A DNA stretch of 56,193 nt, filler included, from Squatina squatina (taxonomy: Eukaryota): assembly GCA_031763465.1 (NCBI GenBank). It is 4 parts of 4 records of this genome, joined end to end, with 100 filler letters (N's around TTAATTAATTAA, not from the genome) between each part and the next. Parts side by side here need not be neighbours in the genome. Positions count along the whole stretch, not along the records: positions 15,326 to 28,427 come from JARFOE010000234.1; positions 28,528 to 41,763 come from JARFOE010000162.1; 2 more parts are not named here. One strand, given 5' to 3'. The first letter of the stretch is position 1; every line of letters starts with the position of its first letter. A model generated the notes under the pieces. It was not told the DNA's origin. It searched no databases and saw only the letters and a program-made list of their open reading frames with translations. Of the stretch, positions 26,173 to 37,153 are shown in pieces. Made by a program: the position numbers and the translations under genes.

Positions 26173-27642
26173 AATTCTCCCGCTGTACATTCTTTTTCTT
26201 TCACCTTTTAACTTTTCTCTCCCAACTCCTCTTCCCATTGCTCCTCATAGCACCTGCTCCCTTGAAGGTACTGACTCATATGTTTCAGTAGATTGGTTGC
26301 GTGAGTGGACAGTCTTTGAGTATGACAAGGCTAGCTAACTGTCGGGGAGAAACAAGTTCCCTTCTGTTGTCCGCATGTGTACAATAATGATGGGGAACAC
26401 TGAAGCAGGAACTCTGGCTGCTTTCATTGATTTAACCTATTTCCATGTTTCATGAATAAGGATCTGTTAAAGTTTAAAAAAATACAGGACACCTTTTTTT
26501 AAGGTTTTATTTTTAGTGCTAAATAAACACAGGAGAAAATCAATGTGGCGGGGATAGGGGGGCTGGCAGGAAACGGACACCAAAACTTTGGCTAAATTCA
26601 GAGAAAATCAGTAAAAAAGCACTTTTTATTTTGGGCTAAATGACAGTCTACAATTATTTATACAGTTCATGCTTACCACTATGATTGGACTGTCATTTAA
26701 ACCCTAGTGTTTTTTTTAAATTAAAAAGTAAAATTGAAAAGCCGTGCATTTATTGTCATGGCTCATGCCATTCAGCTGCCATTATGATGAGATAATAATT
26801 GTTGAGGATTGCATCTGGGGAATAGTTGCAATTTTGCTTTTAGTAAGCAATGCCTTGATGTGTGTGACCTGTTAGCCTTCGATTGATGACCTCAGTTATC
26901 AGGGGACTATCAGTGTGGTTATTTTATCAAGGAACTGCTGTTTTTGCTCCATACAGTAGTGGCAGACTGGCATTTCCCACAATATAACGAACACAGTCTG
27001 CATGAGTACCGAAAGAGGATCCCGGTCTTTTTTTCACAGTCTTGATTTGTTTTCCTGTTTAAAAATTGGGTCCAGAGATGTGGTCAGCATAACACATACA
27101 GCGCACAAGAAAATCGTGAGGAATTTTGGGGGGCGGGGGGGTTTCCCCTCAAATTTGGGAGGAAATCATTTTTTTTTAAAACACGATTCATCACCTGAAA
27201 AACAAACAGTCCAGGAAATTTATCCATGGCATTTGGTTTAAAAACTGATTTTAATGATTCAGGTTCATGAAAAGGGTGACAGAAATTTTGTGAGCCTGAA
27301 CCAGTGGCTGAAAGTAATAAATTGAGACTTGTTAGCAAAAAATGATTTGGTTTACCTAATGAAAATTTTAGAACTGAATCCAAATGCATTTTTGCGGTTC
27401 AGCATGGCAGTCAAATGATGCAGTTAAATGTTGAAATTTGAGACGTTGAGTTTTAAGGCAAATAAACAGCAGTAAACAGAGCACAAACAAATCTTGCTTC
27501 TGGTGTGGGTGCAGCATCAGATAACCNNNNNNNNNNNNNNNNNNNNNNNNNNNNNNNNNNNNNNNNNNNNNNNNNNNNNNNNNNNNNNNNNNNNNNNNNN
27601 NNNNNNNNNNNNNNNNNNNNNNNNNNTGATTAGGCTGCCAAA

Positions 27643-28383
27643 ATGGAAGAACAGTGCTACTACAATGAAACCATTGCCTTTTTTTACAACAACAGTAAAA
27701 AGTACCTTGCAACAGAATGGAATACAGTCAGCAAGCTTGTCATGGGCCTGGGCATCACAGTGTGCATCTTCATCATGCTTGCTAACCTGCTCGTTATGAT
27801 TGCCATCTATGTGAACCGCCGCTTCCATTTCCCTATTTATTATTTGATGGCAAACTTAGCAGCCGCGGACTTCTTGGCAGGCCTGGCGTACTTTTACCTC
27901 ATGTTCAACACGGGACCCAACACCCGCAGGTTACCTGTGAGCACCTGGCTGCTCCGCCCGGGCCTGATANNNNNNNNNNGAGCCTCACTGCATCGGTGGC
28001 TAACCTGCTGGCCATTGCCATTGAGAGGCACATAACCGTCTTCCGAATGCAGCTCCACACCAGGATGAGCAACCGGCGGGTTGTGGTGGTGATTGTGGTG
28101 ATCTGGACCATGGCCATCGTCATGGGCGCGATCCCCAGCGTGGGTTGGAATTGCATCTGCGACATCAACATCTGCTCCACCATGGCTCCACTCTACAGCA
28201 GCTCCTATTTGGTATTTTGGGCCATTTTCAACCTGGTCACCTTCGTCGTCATGGTGATCCTATACGCCCATATCTTTGTCTACGTGCGCCAGAGGACTAT
28301 GAGAATGTCTCGCCACAGTTCTGGACCTCGCAGAAACCGTGACACCATGATGAGCCTGTTGAAGACTGTTGCTATCGTGCTTG
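27643..28383 (+). CDS. LPAR1: Lysophosphatidic acid receptor 1, main coding exon (TM1-TM6); 10-N gap causes an apparent frameshift
   Basis: MEEQCYYNETIAFFYNNSKKYLATEWNTVSKLVMGLGITVCIFIMLANLLV...ERHITVFRMQLHTRMSNRRVVVV...RRNRDTMMSLLKTVAIVL(G), nearly identical to recalled LPA1. TM6 intron donor G|GTAAGT at 28384. Confidence 0.96.
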
Positions 28384-28427
28384 GTAAGTTTTTTTTTCCT
28401 ATTCGGGCACTACAGATAGTGACTTGA

Positions 28428-28527
28428 NNNNNNNNNNNNNNNNNNNNNNNNNNNNNNNNNNNNNNNNNNNNTTAATTAATTAANNNNNNNNNNNNNNNNN
28501 NNNNNNNNNNNNNNNNNNNNNNNNNNN
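28428..28527. other. Artificial scaffold-joining linker N44-TTAATTAATTAA-N44
   Basis: 12-mer at 28472-28483; same structure as 15226-15325. Confidence 0.95.
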
Positions 28528-30271
28528 ACCCGACACACCCGATCACGCCTGCTACCACTCCAGAAAATTCCGGCCATTATTAGAAGATATAATTGGAAGG
28601 AACAGATCCGTATATGGTGAAACAACTGATTTGTCAAATAGCTGATAGGAACTGACTAATTAAGCAACAATAAAATAAAATAAATTGACTGTCAATTAAT
28701 GAATATCCGAGCATCTGCAAATATATTAATACTTTAGCATATTTTGATAATTAACCATTAAATCTGGATTTTACAAAGTGAAAATTACATTCAAATTTTT
28801 GTCGGAAAAGGTGAAAATTATACATGACTTTTGATTGTGCTATAATTGGGTGGAATAATAAATTGGTGAAAAAAAGTTATTTGATTAAGGTGGAATTTCA
28901 GTTGCTGTCTTTGAAATGTTCCATGTTGATATAATTTTTAGTCATGCAAAAAGTATTGAAGTTGCAAATCTTGAACATAAGGATTTCATAGAATGATACA
29001 GCAGAGAACAAAGCCATTTGGCACATTGTGCCTATGCCGTCTTTTTGAAAGAGCTATCAATTCATCCCACTCCCTTGTATTTTCCCCATAGCCCTGCAAT
29101 TTTTTTCCTTTTTCAATTATTTATCCCTTTAGGAAGTTGCTGTTGAATCTGCTTCCACCGTCGTTTCAGGCACCGCGTTCCAGATCACAACAACTCGCTG
29201 TATAAAAAAAGTGCTTTTTAATATCGCCTCTCGTTCTTTTGCCATATGTAAATTGTGTAAAGAGTGAATTATGAGCTTGGGACATATTCCTGTATTAATG
29301 AACAGCTTTAGTTCCTACAAATTCATTTTTAGTTCATTCAAATTTGGGTCCTGCTGTATCAAAAGTAAAATGTATAATGTAAGCCAGGAACAGACTACAT
29401 TATACACATTCTATGCATGTACATCTTTATTCTTCAAAACTGATTACATTTCTAAAATGTATTCCTGTCACTGAGTGAAAGCTGGCATTGCATTGTATAT
29501 ATTTAGTTAGTAGAGCATTAAAAAAAATAATTGTGAACCATTTTATGCTTGGATCAGGATTTTATATTAAATGCTGAGCTTGAATCAGGTAACTGTTTAT
29601 CTGTGGTTGACAACACATTGATTGATCTTTTCTGTCCTTGTCTAATCTAATGAATGTTTCATTTTATTGTGAGTTATCTATCTGTGCGATCAATGAATAG
29701 GTTAATCTGTATAACTGTGTAAGGGTTTAATGTGGAACTGATGGCCAGTTCTTATTTCAAACTAAAACAGGAGTGCTAATTTAACGACGACTCATCACTG
29801 AATTAATTTTGATTTGAACTTTTGCTGAACTGGAGATTCACCAAGACTGAGCAGGCAGAGCTAAGCAGTTTGTTATTGACGATAGAGTTCTCAGTAAATG
29901 TTTTGCACTATATGGCTGCAATTTCGCCAACAGAGGCGAGAATGGAGCGACCAACATTTGTGGAGTGTGAGGACCGCGCTCCCAGCGATGATCCCTCCCC
30001 GATGATTTTCCCCTGATTGACCCTGTTAAGCCCACTGTGTGGGTTTCTCGGGCAATTATCTGGAATCCGGTCTGATGACGTCATTTGATGACACGTCATC
30101 AGCTGGTTTTCTTAAAGGGACCATGGCCAACTCTTTTTGACAGTTCTTCTGTCAGTGTTCTGCAGCATTCANNNNNNNNNNNNNNNNNNNNNNNNNNNNN
30201 NNNNNNNNNNNNNNNNNNNNNNNNNNNNNNNNNNNNNNNNNNNNNNNNNNNNNNNNNNNNNNNNNNNNNNN

Positions 30272-31400
30272 TAGATGTGGCCCTTACAGCTAAAGGGATC
30301 AGGGGGTATGGAGAGAAAGCAGGTACGGGGTACTGAGTTGCATGATCATCCATGATCATATTGAATGGTGGTGCAGGGTCGAACCGAATGGCCTACTCCT
30401 GCACCTATTTTCTATGTTTCTATGAACCGTATAAAATTCTTATGAGGGATTGACAGGATCAATACTGAGAGGCTGTGGATACTCAGCTGTTTAGTATATG
30501 CAAGACTGAGAATGATAGATTTTTGAATCAAGGGATATGGGGATAGGGTGGGAAAGTGGAGTTGAGGTAGAAGATCAACTGTGATCTTATTGAATGGTGA
30601 AGCAAGCTCGAGGGGCCATTTGGCCTACTCCTGCTCCTATTTCTTATATTATGATTATTGGTCCCCAAATCCACTGAAACATGCTCCACTTGGCCCACCT
30701 CATTCCCCAGAAATAGATCTAGCACTGCTTCCTTCTTCCTTGGGCTGGAAACACACTGATCAAGTTCTCTTGTAGACATTTCAGGAATGCCTCCCCCACT
30801 TTACCCTTTACACTGTTAATATCCCAATCTATATTAGGATAATTGAAGGCTCCCATTATCACTACTATAGTTCTTGCATCTTTCTGTAATTTGGCTGCAT
30901 ATTTCCTGCTCTATCTCCTTCCCACTATTTGGTGACCTACAGTATACATACAGCAGGGTAATAGCTCCTCTATTGTTCCTTAATTCTAACCAAATAGACT
31001 CTCCCTTTGGCTCCTCAGCTACATCATCCCTCTCCAGTGCTCTAATAGTTTACTTGATCAATAATAACAACAACTTGCATGATTGATATAGTGCCTTTAA
31101 CGTAGTAAAATGTCCCAATGTGCTTCACAGGAGCATTATCAAACAAGGTTTGACTCCGAGCCACATAAGGACTGGAGGGCTGGAGGAAATTACAGAGTTA
31201 GGGAGAGGTGAGGTCATCGAGGGATTTGAAAACAAGGATTAGATTGCTGCCCCCTCTCCTTCTTTTCCTTCCCTATCTTTCCTCAATATCTTGCAGCCAG
31301 GAATATTAAGTTCCCATTCCACTCCTTGTCAAGCGAGATCTTCATTATTGCCACTATATCATAATCCCATGTGGCTTCTCGTGTCTGCAGCTCACCAACC
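30272..31400. mobile_element. Cluster of nested CR1 LINE fragments with an L2-type insert
   Basis: CR1 3' end with TTCTATGTTTCTATG tail (30272-30425), a second 3' end (to about 30650), a minus-strand endonuclease remnant (SPRKKEAVLDLFLGNEVGQV, 30655-31400) interrupted by an L2-like tail (about 31060-31240). Confidence 0.7.
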
Positions 31401-31690
31401 TAATTTACCATGCTCTCGGATATATTGCAGTAAAATAGTTACTACATATTGAAACCTGAAAGCAGTTAGAAATAAGACATATAAACATCAGCTTTAATTT
31501 GTAATATTTGGTTCAAAGAATAATTAATTGCGTAAACTGAATATAAGGTGTGAAAACAAAAATGAAATTGCAGTAATCATCATTGAACCAAATAATTGAT
31601 TTTCCTGACAATGTGAAAAAATTTGCTGCAATTAAATAATTTACTTCCAATACTCTAACCTAAGCTCCTTTTTTCTCCATGCATTTTAAG

Positions 31691-31858
31691 GTGTGGGTGT
31701 CGCAATGGTCTTTGTGTCAGCATTTGTGGGCTTCTACCACAACTGCATCATAAGCTACAGTTTGTACTATTTATTTGCTTCCTTCCAAAGTCCCTTGCCA
31801 TGGTCGGAGTGCTTTGATTGGTGGGGTGCAGATGAAACATGCAGCAATAATCCGAAAG
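31691..31858 (+). CDS. SLC6 Na+/Cl- dependent amino acid transporter, SLC6A14 (ATB0,+)-like, TM3/EL2 exon (168 bp)
   Basis: (G)VGVAMVFVSAFVGFYHNCIISYSLYYLFASFQSPLPWSECFDWWGADETCSNNPK: SLC6 TM3 plus LPWxxC...C disulfide loop; YSLYYxFASFQS is SLC6A14-like. tttaAG acceptor, G|GTATT donor. Exact orthology uncertain. Confidence 0.85.
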
Positions 31859-32374
31859 GTATTCTGTCAGCTCTTTTGTTTGAAAAATATAAATAGATAC
31901 TGGTTCAACAGAAGTTTATTTTTCAGTTTGTTTGACTGGGTGACAAAAAGAAGTATTTCTAATAGTCATCTTAATTTATATAGGTAAACCATAAGGGGGC
32001 CCAATTGGTCTCAAAAAGTTGGTGCTAATTGGGCATGGAAATGGCGTTAGGGGTCTACCGCCCGCTGGTGGCGATAAGTCTGGGTTTCGATGAATTGGAC
32101 ANNNNNNNNNNNNNNNNNNNNNNNNNNNNNNNNNNNNNNNNNNNNNNNNNNNNNNNNNNNNNNNNNNNNNNNNNNNNNNNNNNNNNNNNNNNNNNNNNNN
32201 NTGTAATCTGAGAACCTGGGATTACTGTGTAACAGTACTATTGGATGCTTACTTGTAATCTCTTGTTGACTTTTAAGTAAAGGTCTTAAAAGGGAACTTA
32301 TTCCAGAAACCTTTGTCTTGAATTGTTTGTTCCACTGGTCCAATCTCAGTAAACTGACAAGGGAACATAACGTC

Positions 32375-33117
32375 TTACACCAGCTGCATATTGAGGGAGT
32401 GGAATCCGTTTCCGTTCATGAAAATGGCAGAGTTGACATGAGGCAATGTGCGTGCAGTCGATAGCACCCTGCACCATGGGGAAGCCTGCAATCTGAGCAA
32501 ATCCTTGTGCTTGTTCTGCCTGTTTGTCTCAGGCAAGAGGAAATGGGATGAAGATTCTTTCATTGTGTAAGGAGCCTCAGTAACCTCCCTTATGCAGCAG
32601 TGCATTGCAAAATGTGAGATGTTGCTTATATCTCCAGCAGCAGCCTGGAAGGAGCCAGGTACATAAAAGTTCAGAGCCTTGACAGCCACAGGTAATTCGG
32701 CTCTCGCCCTGCTCTGCGGTTGGCATTGTGGCTGCAGCAGGTAGCAGATTTCAGTCATGACTACTTTAATGAAGCAAAAACGTCTCAAGCATTGGTTGTC
32801 GCTGAAGCTCAGGTAAGAGAATTGCTCCTTAAACACCCTCTGTGGATATGGCCTCCTGCTGAAAGCCCTTCTTTCCCTCCTCCTCCTCCTCCCTCTTCTA
32901 ACAGCTTGTCCTGCTCTGCGTGGCCTCTCATCATTCTCCCAGTTATACTCAATTTCAAAAGACATGCCTACTAGGCCAGCCATGTGTTGAAGCTACGGGC
33001 ATCAAAAAAGTACTTCAGCACCTGCCAGAGCACTCTCTCTTGACTATTGAAACTCTAGACAAGTAAGGAAAAGTTCCCAAAATGCGTAGAATTGCACCAA
33101 CAACCAGAAGAAATAAT
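32375..33117 (-). mobile_element. Harbinger transposase (HARBI1-like nuclease) relic, 5' part
   Basis: RRPYPQRVFKEQFSYLSFSDNQCLRRFCF...LPVAVKALNFYVPGSFQAAAGDISNISHFAMHCCIREVTEA...GFHSLNMQLV. Frameshifts and truncation. Confidence 0.88.
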
Positions 33118-33494
33118 NNNNNNNNNNNNNNNNNNNNNNNNNNNNNNNNNNNNNNNNNNNNNNNNNNNNNNNNNNNNNNNNNNNNNNNNNNNNNNNNNNN
33201 NNNNNNNNNNNNNNNNNCTTGCCCCATTCACATAGGGCTCAAATCCCCTGTAGAGGGCTCCGTGCTCATTTTGACTTTCTCATAACCACAAGTTCCAGTG
33301 CAAAAACCCAAAGAAAGTCTGTGGAGAAGTGTAAGTGTACTGAATGGCTAACACCATTCCTTTGCCACTGACTGCAAAATCCCGCCGTTGAGAGAGGTAA
33401 AGCAGAATTGTGCGCTTGCATTAGAATTACGTTTAGATCAAATGCACATCTAAGCTAGTAAGCTGTAAATTAATATTTGTGGGAGAAAACTTAC

Positions 33495-33637
33495 CATCCT
33501 CAATTGCATAAACAGTAAATGTATAAACACTGTTATTCACGTAAGGTGATTCTCGATCCAATATTTTCATTGTTTTGACAACACCAGTCTTTGAATCTAC
33601 AGTAATCCATTCAGCTGGTTCAATTCCTCGATTATAT
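33495..33637 (-). CDS. Cadherin exon (EC4 region), CDH26-like (143 bp)
   Basis: (R)YNRGIEPAEWITVDSKTGVVKTMKILDRESPYVNNSVYTFTVYAIED(G) with LDRE motif; closest recalled match is CDH26 (DPANWVSVDKNSGVV...DRESPHVNNSFY). AG/GT boundaries. Confidence 0.85.
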
Positions 33638-33960
33638 CTTTCAAACAAAAAGACACATGATGGGTTATTCAAAATTTACACTGAATAATCAGTGACAAAT
33701 CACCACGTTTTCTACATACTACCAGTGGAGAAGTTAAGTTCATGTGACTGGACTGGTTTTGATCACCTGAGGGTGTCANNNNNNNNNNNNNNNNNNNNNN
33801 NNNNNNNNNNNNNNNNNNNNNNNNNNNNNNNNNNNNNNNNNNNNNNNNNNNNNNNNNNNNNNNNNNNNNNNNNNNNNNGTGAGTAATCTCTTGATCTTTT
33901 CTTAAAGTATAAATAATGCAGTATAGGAATAAGCAATACTCTCAAATTAAAATACCATAC

Positions 33961-34146
33961 CTTTATTAGAAACAGAATTCCGTCATTTGTTTCAGAATCT
34001 GTTTCAATTTTGAAATTTTCATCTTCATTTCCTTCTACTATTTTATACTTGGCTCTCCAGGCTGGCATATTAGGAGTGTCTTTGTCAGTAACATTGACTC
34101 GTAATATAACCACATCTTTGTCAGTCTCGTCGATGGTAACTGAAGC
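33961..34146 (-). CDS. Cadherin exon (EC3 region), CDH26-like (186 bp)
   Basis: ASVTIDETDKDVVILRVNVTDKDTPNMPAWRAKYKIVEGNEDENFKIETDSETNDGILFLIK, phase 0-0, cttAG/GTATGG. AWRAK and TD.ETN.GIL resemble CDH26; desmocollin is not excluded. Confidence 0.85.
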
Positions 34147-34689
34147 CTAAGTGAAAGGAAATCAGAAAGTAACAGAGAAAAATTGGCTTATGAAAACAAA
34201 TACCCTCAGCATTTTGCTACAGTGTAAAAATGGTTTGGATTAATGCACATAAACATAAGATTTTAAAGTCAATATTTAACACCAAAATAAGGTTATATTT
34301 CTATTAAAAATTCCTGTGCCCCTTTTGCGCTCAAATTTCTAGGCCTCTGTCCTTTGCTCTTTGAGGGAGTACCAGAGTTACATTTTGGAATGGTGATTCA
34401 TGCCTACATCAGCAATTCATCTGGATTTTCTCGATTGTTGTACCTATTAAAAAAGGAACCCTGCAGCTCTATCTTCTTAAGTCACAGCAACATTAAACCA
34501 GAATATCAAGGCAAGTAATTGACATCGGGGAAGTAATTTCATAGCAATGTTATTCATGATATTTGAGCCTTTAAAATTCTATCATTGAAAATAAATTATG
34601 CCTACATTGGAATATTATAGGTCAGTTACATTATAGAGCTTGCATTGATGTGAAATAGTGTCAGCTTTACATTAATATAAAATGTGTAA

Positions 34690-35126
34690 TATATAAACTA
34701 AATGGTATAATTTTAAAGTGGGTGCAGGAACGGAGAGACTTGGGGGTGTGTGTACAGAAATCTTTGAAGGTGGCAGGACAAGTTGATAAGGCTGAGTATA
34801 TAAACATGCTCGATACTTGGCTTTCTAAATAGAGGCATAGAGTGCAGAAGCAAGAAAGTTATGCCCAACCTTTATAAATCACTGAGTAGGCCTCAGCTGG
34901 AGTATTGTGTCCAATTCTGGGCACCACAGTGTAGGAAGGATCGCAAGGCCTTGGAGAGGGTGCAAAGGCGATTTACTAGAATGGTACCAGGGATGAGGGA
35001 CTTCAATTATGTGGCAAGAGTAGAGAAGGGATTGTTCTTCTTAGAGCAGAGAAGGTTAAGGGGATACTTAATATAGGGTTCAAAATCATAAAGGGTTTTG
35101 ATAAAGTAAATAAGGAGAAACTGCTT
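34690..35126 (+). mobile_element. CR1 LINE ORF2 C-terminal fragment
   Basis: LYKSLSRPQLEYCVQFWAPQCRKDRKALERVQRRFTRMVPGMRDFNY...LEQRRLRGYLI is a hallmark CR1 motif. Confidence 0.92.
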
Positions 35127-35226
35127 NNNNNNNNNNNNNNNNNNNNNNNNNNNNNNNNNNNNNNNNNNNNNNNNNNNNNNNNNNNNNNNNNNNNNNNNNN
35201 NNNNNNNNNNNNNNNNNNNNNNNNNN

Positions 35227-37153
35227 GAGCAGGGCAAGGACCACATTGCCAGTGGCTGTCAAGGTGACCATGGCTCGTAACTTTGATGCATCTGGCTCCT
35301 TCCAGGAGGCTGCTGGAGATATTAGGAACGTCTCCAAGTTTGCAATACACTGCTGCATAAGTGAGGTCTCTATTCACAGAAAGGCAGCTTCATCTCATTC
35401 CTTCTTTCCAGAGACAGGCAGGCAAATCGAGCACAAGGGTTTGCTCAGATTGCTTCCCCATGGTGCAAGGTGTCAATTACTGCATGCACATGTGACCTCA
35501 GCCACTTTCATGAACTGAAAGGAATTCCACTCCCTCAATGAGCAGCTGGTGTGTGACCACAGGCACCTACTCATGCAACGGAATGCCCGTTATCCCGGCA
35601 GCAGTCATGATGCATTCATCCTGTGGCAGTCCTCAGTACCAGCTGTATTTGATCCACAATGGAAAATCAAAGGGTGGCTACTGGGTGACAAGGGCTATCC
35701 GCTGATGACATGGTGCATGACTCCGGTCCGGAACCCATGCACACATGCACAGCAGACATACAATGAAAGCCATGCTACCACACAGAATCTTATAGAGCAG
35801 ATCATTAGCATCCTCAAGCAATGCTTCCACTGCCTGGTCTGCTCTGGAGGAGCACAAACTTGCCATCATGGGAGAGCAGCCCTTGCCACCACCTATCAGG
35901 TGAGAATATGAGGAGCCGGTACAAGAGGAGGAGGAGGCAAAGGAGGAGGTAGAAGAGGAGGAAGAGGTGGGGAGGCTTCAACCTAGACAGCCCCTTTTTG
36001 TCCAGTCTCTACATGAACAAATAATTCATGAGCGACACCAGCAACCTAACCTCAATTTGCCATTCACCAATAGTCCTACACTCCTTGTCTTCCCTCTGCC
36101 ATTGACCATCACACTGTCCTCTTTGCCACAATGCAAAAATAAAAGCCAACACAAAATACACATTACAATCCAAATTTATAAATTAAATCATGCCATAATT
36201 CATACAAAAATAAACAAATCACCCTTGTGTGTTCCTTTAATGCCTCTTCCGTGTGCCTTTGCCTGTCCAAGTTCTTCCATGAGGTGCTTCCCCAGTGATG
36301 ACAGTATGACTGGTGGAAGACTGCTCACTTTTCAGTGGGGGAGGCTGCAGATGGCCTTACAGGATGATCTCGAGCAGCCCTGGGCCTAGAAGGCTCGGCT
36401 CCGGACTGCACTATCTCGGCTTGGGCTGCAGCAGCCTGGGCTGGCTGGGTGACAGGCAACAGGAAGGGCACTGGTGGGGTGGCAGGGGTGGGAGCAGGAT
36501 TCTGTCATCCTGAGCGAGGAAAGCAGGTTCGTAATCCTTGGAGCCACGACCATTCTCTCTCCGGGCGGCACCTCAGCAATCCTAATATTCTGTTGGAGAA
36601 CAGATTGCTGGAGTTCTGTGATGGCCTGGAAGCCCCTTTGTGCACTGGTATCCGGAGCCATGGTGTTAGCAGTCTGAGCTTACAGGGCAGCAAGCTGAGA
36701 TTGCATGACAGCAGTCTGAGCTTCCACTGCAGCACTCAGATGTTGGGTGGATGCTGCTTGTGCTGCTATGGAAGCTGAGACATTGGCCATCAGACACTGC
36801 ATCAAGGTTGGCTCCACAGGTGTGTTGATGGAGATGGCCACCCATTCTATGTTGGAAAGAATGAGCTCCAAAACTGCACAAAGCGCTATGCCAAGTTGGT
36901 GTTGGACTTCTCCATGCTACATTAAGTGCAAGCTTTCAGGCAGGCTTCCTAGCACACCAAACATCAGCCTTCTTCTGTAGTCTGGCCCTTGGAAGTCCTT
37001 ATCTGAGTCCGCTGCAGCAGAACTAGTGTGCGATGTCACCCTCCCATCAGCTGGCACCTGTGCTATCTTTTCCCCCAGCACTTGTGCCCAGTGACTCACC
37101 ACGTGCAGATCTGGCCCCTCTGCCCTCCTCTAAATTACACGCAGTGCCAGTAT
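35227..37153. mobile_element. Autonomous-type Harbinger transposon relic: nuclease (+, about 35227-36040) convergent with accessory gene (-, about 36230-37153)
   Basis: Plus strand: LPVAVKVT..NF.ASGSFQ, ARYPGSSHDAFIL, GWLLGDKGYPL, YNESH.TT.N.IEQ.I.ILKQ.F.CL (DDE nuclease motifs) then a Glu-rich GAG tract. Minus strand: a degenerate Ala/Gln-rich second ORF homologous to 3345-3860. Confidence 0.88.

Noticed and set aside
27643-28427. LPAR1 as a frameshifted pseudogene or two ORFs
   Set aside because: The shift coincides with a 10-N placeholder where 5 nt are expected; the protein is otherwise highly conserved.
30072-30102. CTGATGA as a hammerhead ribozyme core
   Set aside because: No correctly placed GAAA or stem II. 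It is a CTGATGACGT...ACGTCATCAG inverted repeat inside a Harbinger-like element.
32375-32983. Functional host HARBI1 gene
   Set aside because: Frameshifts, deletions, truncation and several related copies in the window indicate decayed transposon copies.
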